A stretch of 61,663 bases of DNA from the NCBI GenBank assembly GCA_002633005.1, contig NMRA01000074.1, positions 748,971-810,633 of the forward strand. The letters are read 5' to 3'. The notes under the pieces were generated by a model. That model saw only the letters and a list, made by a program, of their open reading frames with translations, made no database searches and was not told the origin of the DNA. This DNA is from Phoronis australis. Its lineage: Eukaryota > Animalia > Phoronida. This document shows, in pieces, positions 13,091-24,020 of the stretch (positions are counted from its first letter, which is position 1; the number at the start of each line of letters is the position of its first letter). Made by a program: the position numbers and the translations under genes.

Positions 13091-14595
13091 ACCAAATACC
13101 CATGTTATTTTTCCAAGGCGACACTTTCTAAAATACATGAACAAAGATGCTAGAGGGTCCTGGTGTTTAAAATCATTTGAGCGGGTAAATATTTGTGCAT
13201 TTAAGTGTTCAGCAAATTCTAATTTAATTTGAGACAAGAACCTATTAGTTTGTGCTCGAGCATGTTATGAGTTACAGGTATAAGTTGGTGACTGCTTTGT
13301 TCAACTTTGCGCTTGGTGACCCACCCCTAGATTTGAGCGATGAGAGGTTTTCAATAAAAACTTGAAGTTTTAAATTCAAGCTCGAACCTGTGGCGTTCAT
13401 ACTGGGGTCGTCAAATGCAAACTAACAGGACACTCATCCACGTGAATCATAATGTATACGAGTTTGAATTGATACAAACGTAGTTCGGGTCCGATTACGA
13501 TGATTATATCCCAGGTCCTGATGATTGCAAGGGGTTTTCCTAATTTTGACAGGTTTCGTCGCCGTCACGAACTCTATAGGGCTTGTAATTGTCTAACACT
13601 GTATTTAGCATTTTTATTTAGAGTAAAATAACGTACCACCATGTTTGTCAGCTAAGCTTTGCAGAATTTCTGCGCACGCAACCACCAGCATGACTGGTCA
13701 CTCAATGAGCTAATTTAATCATATACGTAGCACATTGTTTTCATCCTTAAACTGTCATACGTCTTCCTGGTAGATGTTGATTGCACAAACTGAATGACGA
13801 CTTTGGGAAAGCTGCAAAATTGAGCAGCAACAGTTTGATCCTTAGCTATTATTATTGTGCTATCAAACGTGACAAACACCTCTTGCAACCCTGCTGATAA
13901 TGTTCCGGAACTGGAAACACGGACAGGTAATGATAGATTCCTGCTATAAACATGCGTAATCAGTACACGTGAGCGTAAAGATTATACACGTGCTGTACGT
14001 TGGTATCGACAACTAAACTACATGTAAAAGTTCACGAGTTGAAACGAGACCGATGGTATAATCAATTGGTGACATTCATGTTCGCCAAAAATTCGACGAC
14101 CGGGGTGGGTCAGACCTCACCAAAGACGGAATGAGGGGTGACTGCCTTATTTGCGTATTTGGAAAAATCATGCAGACCAAGTAATGTCACGTGAAAACAA
14201 AAGGTGTGTTTTTGCGATTAGGCCTAAACCTAGGAGTAGAGTAGGCCGCTAGAAATTAGTGGATGCGGGGATGGCAGAAATGTAGAAAAAGCTTTAAAGG
14301 GAGCATTAAAACCGATTTAGGCCTTGTTGTCTTTGTCCTTAGTCAGTGATCTCTGAGCACGGGGCGAACGGGCAGTTCGTTCTTCTTGAAGCCAAGCTCA
14401 TATGTCAGGTCAGGCTGTGGCCTGAAAATTAAAGAGCTTGATCTGAAGAAAAACGAATTATCAATTCTATACAAACTTGCATGCATATGTAGGAATCATT
14501 TTTGACTAAGGAACAATCTGAGACTGGTTCCATAACGGTAAATTGCCTAAATATAAAGTTGGTTTTTAGACAGAAAGAACGGGCATAACGTAAAG

Positions 14596-15185
14596 CTCGC
14601 TGGTTCTCCAGTGCGTGCTTAGCCCAACTAGCACGCAGGTATCACGCAGTGGCACGCGCTTTAGCATTTGTCAATGTAACCTCAGTCGGCAGTCATTGAT
14701 TAGCTTTACAACACCGTGAAAAAATGGCGGACTGTGAACGATTTTTAGCCTTGCCATGCAAGTGGCGTCGCAGCAACTATTTCGTTTCTGCAGTGAATAG
14801 CCGCGTGCTTGAAGCACACACATGTACACTAAACACATATCTGGCCGATTTAACCGGTGTATTATGCATACTGTATGAATACAGGACACTATAGTAAACA
14901 AAAGTCATCGACAGTAGAAAGATGCGTTCCGACAAGGCGCAATCCACAATTTCTAGGCTTCACATTTCCTGATCAATTTTAAGCACTGATTTGTTTGTAC
15001 AACAGACCACATTTACACCTCTGCCCATCAGTCATGCCAGTTTGTTTGCTTAACGCGGTTCCTGTTGAGAATTCGACAAGCCAATCAGAAACGCCGGTGT
15101 AAAAAAAAATCCTGAGGAAAATGAAATGATAACTGCGTGCTGGCGCGGCTACCGTCCACCTAGCGGCACGCAGGGAACCAGCGAG
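14596..15185 (+). mobile_element. ~580-bp TIR element, copy 1
   Basis: TIR CTCGCTGGTTC..TGCGTGC / GCACGCAGGGAACCAGCGAG; colinear with 52637-53203. Confidence 0.85.
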
Positions 15186-15506
15186 AACGTAATGTCACTT
15201 TAAGTAAACACGGTGCTTCCGTTTCATGCGCCAATAGTTCTCACACCGGCTTAATAGGCTTGCGAGCCTCTTGCGTTACGGAACGCGCAGCTCGCTTAAA
15301 AGTTGCTTCCGGTCGTTCGAAAATTCAAACTTGAATGTACTTTATAATATGTCCGGGCTCTAGAATTTTCGATCAATTTGTTGTATACGGCATTTGCTCT
15401 ACGCCAGTCGAACCTTTTTAAATTGGTAGGCCATCTATTGGTCGCTTAGTTGACTAACTCACCGCACTGGTACACGTGTTATCGTAAGGAACAGCGTTGC
15501 CGCTCA

Positions 15507-15751
15507 GGAGCCCGTTCCAAGAAATTGACTTAAGTTTCTTTTGACTTAGTCTAAGATTTGTCTCAACTAGTAAACTTTGAAACTTCCACACCCGGTAAAA
15601 TAGTCAAAACTAAAACAATTAATTAAAAAATTTAGGTCAACCTTGAGATCTCTTTCTTGAAACGGTATTGAGTCAAATTTAAGTTTTATTTTAAGATTGA
15701 ACTAAATTTAAAATTGTCCTTAGTTAGGTCATTTTTCATGGAACGGGCCCC
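15507..15751. mobile_element. PIF/Harbinger-like MITE
   Basis: TIR GGAGCCCGTTCCAAGAAATTGAC / GTCATTTTTCATGGAACGGGCCCC. Confidence 0.7.
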
Positions 15752-16792
15752 CGCACAGTAATTTGCATGGAAGTGTTTTTGAATTACTGCGTGTAGGTAT
15801 ACATGTACCCTCAACCGTATTGACATGATTTTGAATGTCATTCGTAACGGGTCGTTTGAGACAAAATCAAGTTTTTTACGGTTCTGCCCCCACTGTAGTT
15901 TCCTCGGAGTATGATATGTTTTTGGTGTGGCGATTGCAAAAGTGTGTATGTCTGTTCAGAACTACAGTGTATACGTGCATTGTAACATGTTGCACAGAAA
16001 TTATAATAAACCTGTGAAACTCGATTTGTCTTGGTTTGCGTGCCAGACGAGCTTCTGGCCAAACGTGGCAATCACTTCACCTTCAGGCACTGGACTTTTG
16101 AAATCTTTTTTGATGGCTATAGACGATGTCGCCGACATAGTCGCAAACACATCCCTTCTGAACTCTTAGCTAAGCTATATAAAAACCTGCTGGTACATTG
16201 TACATAGGCCGCATAGGTGTACACGCTGTTAATATGTGACATAGTAGGCACCACGACATTTCACCATTCGGCGCTACGCGCTTCTACGGTAACTTTGCGA
16301 GATTGCTTACAAGACAAAATGTTGGGTACCCCTTTATGATATCCTATATCCGCCCCTGGACAATACGTGCATGTACGAGACTTTTGTATATATTGTGATA
16401 TTGGTATCTATGAAAACATTTTTCCTGGAAAACGCACAACTCCTGGTAGGTAAATGTTGCCAGGCCAACGGGGCTCCACGGGATATGGGTGCTTGCCGCC
16501 AAATGGGGTTTAAATTTTACAAAATATCTTACATCGCCTACTGGAAACAAATGGCCGGTAGAATACATCAATGGCAAACAAAATAAAAATTATAACAGGC
16601 GCTCTCATCAGCTACTCATCGTTATACTTTAATATATTGAAATTATAGACTACTAGAACGATCCATCCTGGTCGCGAACATGCCGTTTTTACTGATTAAA
16701 ATTAACAGCACAGTTAAACGTACTCTTCAAATTTGTTAATACAGGTATCGGTGCTCAACTTTATGTTTTTTTGGTAAAGACACAACCATTAA

Positions 16793-17306
16793 AGACAGAT
16801 GGAACCATCTGGTGCAGGCACTATGCCTCAGTTTCAACTGCTAACTTACCGACAAGACTTGTATCTGCCAATTTTGCTCCATTGCGCATGCTCCAAGTAG
16901 CCTCGCACCAATTAGTGAAAATAACAGCATGCTCAAAACAGTTAATGGGGAATGCTGATTGGTTGAAAGTTTTGTGCCGTTTGTTTGTCAAAAGCCCGAA
17001 TTGGAGTGCTGGGGTTATAAAACAAAGTAATTTGTTGAGGTTCGTCAGCTAGGCAGTGTAGAAAACACAATTCTATTGCTTTTATATGAAGATCGTGCTC
17101 GACGAACACGTGCATGGTGTGATGTACACTTGTTCCATGAATACGTGTTCTAATGCTTACTTTCGAAACTATCAAACTTGGCGCCACCTATGTTGCCATT
17201 TTCATTACGTTGAGCATGCGCATCAGGAGCAAATTCAGGTGGCTGAAGGTTTTAAACGGTGAGTAAATGTTGTGGAATTTGATGCATCGGACGGATCCAG
17301 GTATCT
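16793..17306. mobile_element. TTAA-flanked Kolobok-like MITE
   Basis: TTAA on both sides; imperfect 24-bp TIR; internal inverted repeat TTTGCTCC..TGCGCATGCTC. Confidence 0.65.
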
Positions 17307-18440
17307 TTAAAGGCTGTGTCTCCACTAGACGAGCATTTAAATGCAGTTATAATAAGCACTGCTACCTATAATTACCGATTTGAAGTGTATTTTTAACTGG
17401 CCCGTGTATTTTAACGACCAAAAATTCGCTTGCTCGTCGCCCATATTTAATCGCTCTAGCATGTTGCTATTTATTGCACATGTAGTCATGATGAGTGGCT
17501 GGTTAAATGTGCCCTGGATTATCAAGTCAAACGAAACGGGTGCACCGGAAAGGCCTGCTCCCAGGGACAGGCAGTTGATGCTACACTTAGGACGTGAGGT
17601 GTTTTGAGATTACTCATGAGCTCGCCACCATAGTCTTCACTAGGCTACTCACCATGCGAGCAAAAATCTCAGCCGCCAACAATATATTCGAAGGGGCAGA
17701 GAACCATACGTTCAAAAAGCTCGTCACCCAAGTCAAGAGTTCTCGCACCTGCATGTACATGTAGGGTTTCGTGAGTGAGTGCCGATAACGAGGCAGCGCT
17801 TCCCAAGGGCACGTTCCACACTAACCCAATACACCCAAGAGACATCTGGAGGCCACTTTTATTGTGGTGAGGTTCGAGCTTACTCGTCTGCACTCCAATG
17901 AGTGTGATTCCGGCCACAGTGTACAGTGTATGGTGTGTGTTCCTTCATATTGGCAGTCATTTCATGGGGTTATCCATGAGTGCCTATTGGTTGCATTCTC
18001 TCTCCTGAATGTCAAATGAAATATGGGATTTGTGATGTTTATTACCTTTTCGGACATGTTCCACAATATATCAATCGAACTCTGTCATAGAAATAGTTGG
18101 TGCTGTGATCTACATGGAAGTCAAACTAAATATACATGTAGTTGACGCTTTGACGTACAGTGTACATTGCAGTCAAACTAAATAGCATTGGAGACACGAA
18201 GAGATAACTGATTTTTTGACACAGCGACAAATAAAATACGGCAACACTTTATAATTACACGGATGTAAACTCAACAGTTCAAATGTGCAGAAACGTGCGT
18301 AATTTTCACGGCATGAAAACTGTCATCCTCGGGCTGGCTGAACACAAGCGCCGACTGTTCGCTACGTTTAGACGTCACCATATCTTTAACACGTTTTGCT
18401 CGATCGAAGTCACGCGCGTATACGATGTACAAGCCCTATT

Positions 18441-18674
18441 CTAATCGAGTTTATGTTCTTGCCAACAAAGCGTGTTCACAGATGAGAAGTAGTTTGTCTG
18501 CGATTGCTTGTGGTAACTTCGGTTTTCCTCAGAAAAACAGCAGTAGCATCCTTTACTGTGACCTGACCACCAGCAGGGTTCACCTTCACACGGGCATCCG
18601 GGTCTTCCTAGTCGTGTTGACACGACAACGGCAGATACCAGTAGCAGGAAGGCAAAGGTCCGAGAAAAACCCAT
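18441..18674 (-). CDS. Small secreted cysteine-rich peptide precursor (77 aa)
   Basis: True ATG in context caacaATGg; signal-like MGFSRTFAFLLLVSAVVVS; mature part TRLGRPGCPCEGEPCWWSGHSKGCYCCF...LCWQEHKLD; supported by an upstream TATA box, a 5'UTR exon and a canonical intron. Confidence 0.7.
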   Translation of the reverse strand: MGFSRTFAFLLLVSAVVVSTRLGRPGCPCEGEPCWWSGHSKGCYCCFSEENRSYHKQSQTNYFSSVNTLCWQEHKLD

Positions 18675-18913
18675 TGTTGAGGAAGTTTTCTGGAGTTTTA
18701 GCGATTCCTTCTGGAGTACAATAGGCAGAGTTTTGTTAACATCTACTATACACTACGAGATCAATTCCGATACCAGACTAAGACGAAAAGAAAAAACATG
18801 CTGTACTTAACAAATTATGGCAATAATTTTCTAGGACAGCAATTCTGGTGGTTGAATTAACCGGAACAAAAACTAACAAACTAAATGGAATTTCCCTAGA
18901 GGGAGGGTCTTAC

Positions 18914-18980
18914 CTTCTATATTAAGGTGCCGGTGGTTTTGCAGTATGTTTGACGCTCTTGATTGCAGGTCCTATTTATA
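18914..18980 (-). promoter_or_regulatory. TATA box (TATAAATA, 18980-18973), Inr-like TCA near 18951 and ~38-nt non-coding exon 1 of the peptide gene
   Basis: TATA lies 29 nt upstream of the A in TCA; exon ends in AAG|GTAAGA; 203-nt intron 18913-18711 has a TTAAC branch site and ctccAG acceptor; AATAAA at 18038-18043. Confidence 0.65.
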
Positions 18981-19815
18981 TCTTTGCATTCGGTGTTAAT
19001 CCTAAGGTTTTCAGGATGCAAGACAACTTGAATAAGGACTGCGGTATATTTAACATCTGCCTTTCCCTTTAACCCCAATTTTCAAGCCAATTAAAAACGC
19101 GCTGTTACTCTTCCCCGTCTTTAAAGCAGATAAACATTTGCGTAAAGAAAGTTCTTATGTTTTTTGAATCTATAAAGCGGCATTGATGTGATTAGCAAAC
19201 GAAGTTATTAGATCGTGTCTAATTTTGGACTGCCCTTGTTTCTGGTTTAATTGAAAGACAGTCAAAGTCAACTGCGACTTCAGTACATTGCTCTTAAGCG
19301 TCTACTTTCAAATTAATGTACTCCACACGTAAATGTGCCTTGACGTTCACTATCCTAAACTTGTCTGACAGATACTAGAACTCCACTAAACAGTTTCGAT
19401 TGATGGCGCAAAACGTAGCTGCGGAACTCGTTAGTAGCAATTACTTGAATCTGGAAGATCTGCAGCTCACGAAAATAGTGACGGTGGAAACCAGGGTTAT
19501 TTTATTTGATTAAATTGACGTGGACTGTATAATACGGGGGGAAATTTGAAAACGAGTTTTAACTATGCTGAGTTTTCATTGTTAATGTTATAGCTTTGAG
19601 CTGCTATAAACCGGTCGCCTTCCGTAAAATAACTTATTTTTATTGAAACACTTCATGTTATAAATCAGAAACAATTTTGTTCTTTACATAGGTGAAAAGT
19701 GTTTTTTTTTAGCTTCGACACTTGAAGCCATCAGCGATTCAAGAACTTAAGGGGGTTGGGAAACCTATTACATGTAAATGCAAATTCAAAAAGTATGGAT
19801 TGCCTTTGACTTGAC

Positions 19816-21515
19816 TAGGCAACAGAAACAGAGTCACGGTAAGGGATATTATGAGACCAATTTAATGGACTTAAAAGGACTTAATCGACATTCGTGTTTT
19901 GCCAGCTAAACAGGGCAACATGCAGCCCCAAACATTAACGCGAGAAAAAGGTCCTACATGTATTTCGGGCTAACTGAGCACAACGCTCATGGCGCCCGTA
20001 TATTTTCGTCCATTTGGGATTATAAGGGGTACTTTTTCACAACAGACACACAGTTAGGGTATGTTAGTCTGGGTCCACTTTAGAAGGCCTTTAAGATGCG
20101 TACCAATTTTTTTGAGTGGTAAACCTGAGATAATGAGTATACACTGTAAGATGCAAGCCAGATGCGCCAATATCAGTACAACACAACCTCTTCAGAAAAT
20201 TAGTTCCACTATTTATTTTCATACTTGCAGGTGATTGAACATTATTGATGGACGCTAACTGGCTGACAGTCGGGTACACTTCTTAAGGAAGTTTCTGGCA
20301 AGAACCGCGAGCTCACTCAAGACCACGCAAAATCACGCAATAGTTACATTTGAGTTTAAGGACCTCAAAGTATTGACAGTGATAAACTAAAAATTTTAGT
20401 AGTATTTTTAAATAGAACTGTAACTAAAAAGCCGTGCAGGTAGCATGCCACCATCGAAATATCTTAGAGAAGTGTCCCCAAACTCCCCCCAAGTCACTTT
20501 GAGTCCCATACTCTTACAAGCTAGGATTCCATGGTTTGGTGCAGGCCTTCTGAAATCACCCCGAATACCTTACGCTTAGGTTGAGGGAAACTCACGAGAG
20601 GCGCACATTTCAGTTTACATAGGGTTGCCCTTTGAAGCTATAGATTTTATTGCGTTCTAATACGTTTATGTGTTATGGTTAGCATGATTCAAAGGTGACT
20701 TTTTGTCTAAAAAAATTGACGTTTTAATGAAATTTATAAAAATTACTAGATCCTCCCAATGAGAAGGCCAGCAGTAAATTCCGTAAAAGACTGAAGCAAG
20801 TCAAGAAATTGATGAGTTTGTGCATTTGAAAATGTAATTTGATAAATTTTTGGCAAAAATATATCATATGATCCCCTCCCTCAAACAGCAATTGTTCACA
20901 TAGGGCTGTGCCACTGAACATGGCTACTAACAGTGAAAAGCCGACAATTTGGCAGAAATAAGACGTTTATTAAGACATTTAGTTCACATATAACACCAGA
21001 AACACATATACAACTTGTGTTGTATTATTATATACAAAAATGTACTGACCCTGTATGTATGATGCAACCTTCAAATTCGTACGATAGGCCTACATGTACA
21101 TTGCAAAAACTCTGGAGCAACAAAATGGCCACAGTTGGGGATGCACGGGAATCATAGAAAACTGAACAGAAACTTTTTAAAAACTGCATTGCGCCCTGTT
21201 TAGCTAACTAAAAACGAAACTTGAAATAAACCTGTAATAAAATCGGCCTCATAAAGTGCTATTCTTTACTCTGTCAACGTTCTGTTGCCGTTACCAACAT
21301 GAACATTGTGATCCCCAACGAGTTAAGAAAACGAATCTGTGTGTTTATTTGGGATGGCCATCCTCACGTTAATTCCAAAATGGCCCACGCGCATGCGCGT
21401 GATGTCTGTGACTTGAGTCAGTACCGGTAACAAAAATAGAATCATATCACGGTAAGGAATATTATGAGACCGTCTTTTATTATAGTAACAGACGTAATAC
21501 GATTTTAGCCAGTTA
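19816..21515. repeat. Three copies of a ~110-bp repeat (19816-19925 +, 21185-21293 -, 21426-21520 +)
   Basis: Shared GGCAACAGAA..TTATGAG(A/G)CC..AGCTAAACAGGGC; probably arms of decayed TIR elements. Confidence 0.55.
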
Positions 21516-22324
21516 AACTAGAGGACACAAAACGTTCTTGACTGCGTTAACTATCAGTCTGGCAACGCCGCCTTCGATTTCCCTTGGATGGACGCTGGTC
21601 ATCTCCTTCATTGTCAGAGGTGACCCTCGTGTATACAGTAAGCCAACGGTTGGTAAGAGGAAGACCTGGGTGTGTTCCCTATAGAGCAAGACTCTTTCGA
21701 ATTGGAACGATAACGCAAGACCACTCAAAATTACGATTATGAAGGTTCACTGTTTTTCAAATAAGCTCGAGAGTTCACCAAGGTGTACTAGCGAGGCTCG
21801 AATGTTGAATATATATATATTCCTTTCCTAAAACCTTTCTCTATAAGTGTGTCGCGATTGACTTGCGTTTGGGAACACGTCTCTTCGTTAATATCCGTTC
21901 CACGGCACTGATTGCTATGCGACTGCACTTACAATGTAGCAGCCAAGGATTGAACAGGTGACCTTTCAAGTGTGAGTCCAATTGGGCGGCATAGGGACTG
22001 CACGGGGTCACCTAAACTACAATTGTTATCTAAATGAACAAATATCAATTTGTCAAAAGGTGATCGATTTCACAACACCAGAAATCGCCAGAAACACAAC
22101 TCTAAATCCCTATCCGAAATTACAGCTCAACAGTGATCGGCTTAACAGCTTAAAAAATAAATTTTGAAGTAATAACAATCGATATAAGATTAAAATACAC
22201 AATTCGCCAATACAACCCATTAAACGATATGTAATAACTGGATATGACCAAGTTACAAGGACTCCAACCAACACACATTAATGACGACAAGATCACCCAA
22301 CAGAGTTCATAATCCTTTCAAGCA

Positions 22325-22515
22325 ATCTTAAGTCGCATTGGCAGCACTCGATTGTGTTCCTCAGTTACGCCGAATCAACCGGCTAAGACGTCTGATTGGT
22401 ATTCCATGAAGACTCCGCATACAAGCCAATCAGATGTCGCTTGACTCGGAGGAACCGGCGAAGTGAATCAAGTGCAGCCAGTATATACATGTAATGCAGC
22501 CGAATGCGGCTCAGT
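22325..22515. repeat. Palindromic MITE-like hairpin
   Basis: GCATTGGCAGCACTCGATT..GACGTCTGATTGG mirrored by CCAATCAGATGTC..AATCAAGTGCAGCCA. Confidence 0.6.
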
Positions 22516-23956
22516 TAGATTTCTAAGGCAATCAGTCTATTTTCCTGTTAGCAGTCGATCTATTTCCGGTTATTTTGGAGTAAATGGACCGACTATGCGT
22601 GAGCAAGTGATAATCCGTATACGCATATGTTATATTAGGTAGAACGACAAAAAGTACCACTAAAATTACGTTGAATAAAACAGCCGTTTATGAGAAAACT
22701 GAGTTCGTTTGGGATCCATATGGCACAGCTTCATCGCGTATAAGCATACTGGAGAATTTTCCACCCCGCTGCACACATATTATCCGGCCACCCGGAAGGC
22801 GCGGCCATTTTCCTTTCGCCCCCTTATTGACCTTTTTACGGATAACGACAACAATCGATGCGTGCACATCTCAGAGTATAAATTTATGAGTCCAGTCCTC
22901 CAGTCCAGAACTCAGGAAGTGTCACGCACGCGACCGTCTGGTTGTTATGCTAACAGTTTGATTCGGTGAAAATGCACATGGTAAACTGATTTCGTGACAG
23001 CTTGAAATACTAATAAAATGAAGAGGTGACTACGGCTGATCGAACACCTTACGTCTGCTGGCGGTGCCGCTGCCTGACGGTCACTCTCCTACATGCTCAC
23101 GTGTATGATTTCTCTTGCTATCCGTAAAAACTCAATGAAGGTATATGTACATTGACGAAACACAAATTTAGAATAATTACACATATAAACGAAGCAAAAG
23201 CTTGCTTGAATAAATATCAAAATTGATCTTTGAGTTACACATTACCAATGACATTAATTAGTAGGCTATGAAATTATACATCTATCAGGATATCGCGTAG
23301 CTATTCCACAGAAATACGACTTGATATTAGGCCTACTCACTTTTAACAAATGCGCTTTAATTCAAATAGACAAAAACGCCAAAAATATTGTCAACAAAAG
23401 GTGGTGGAAACTAAACAATTACAATAAATGCTTCTGTCATCCAAAAGAGTGAAAATTGTCCATGGCGTAAAATCTATTTGCATTTTCGCGTGGTCAAGTA
23501 GGTATGCGACGTCATGTCAATTGGTCTGAATGATAAGTCATAGTGACGTCTTTGACGATGAGTTCAAAGTTGTGGGCGTACACGTAAGGCATAAATGTTT
23601 TTTGAATTTAACTTGTTGACTCTTGGGCCAAAGTCCAATTTAAAAACGGTTGTGCCTCTCTTCGTTACTGGAGTAGAATGTTTGTTTTGGTTACACTACA
23701 AGTGCATGTCCATTTATTTCCATATCTCACGAAGGTTACCCTAAAAGAAACCAATCTATGAGCAGCAAATGAATAAATATTTGTCTCAGAAAATAAAGAA
23801 AATGAGACAAATATGAGACAAATTTGAGATATTAAAATACGCATACAGATCAGATCATCTGAACAAATGGCCTCTTTTTTGAGTTTTGCTTCACCAGATT
23901 CAAATGTTTATCAATAGAGTTTGTGTTCGAGACTGCAGCGACCGAATGGAAACTCA

Positions 23957-24020
23957 CTACGCATGCGTCACAGCCGCTACCTGCTTTCCATGGGGTGGGA
24001 CTGCTGCGGATGAGCTTGAT
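23957..24020 (-). CDS. Exon 17, cytoplasmic tail and stop (SSSSAAVPPHGKQVAAVTHA*)
   Basis: Strong acceptor ttttgttctttacAG; phase 2 matches the TM exon; minus-strand AATAAA at 23713-23718 downstream. Confidence 0.7.

Noticed and set aside
16371-16586. Second secreted peptide (hydrophobic N-terminus, CC)
   Set aside because: Short, atypical hydrophobic stretch, only three Cys, and no supporting gene structure like that at 18.4-19.0 kb
17669-17917. ORF with a HExxH-like motif (THETLH)
   Set aside because: Non-ATG start, no other metalloprotease features, the motif abuts a TACATGTA scar, and there are no convincing splice sites
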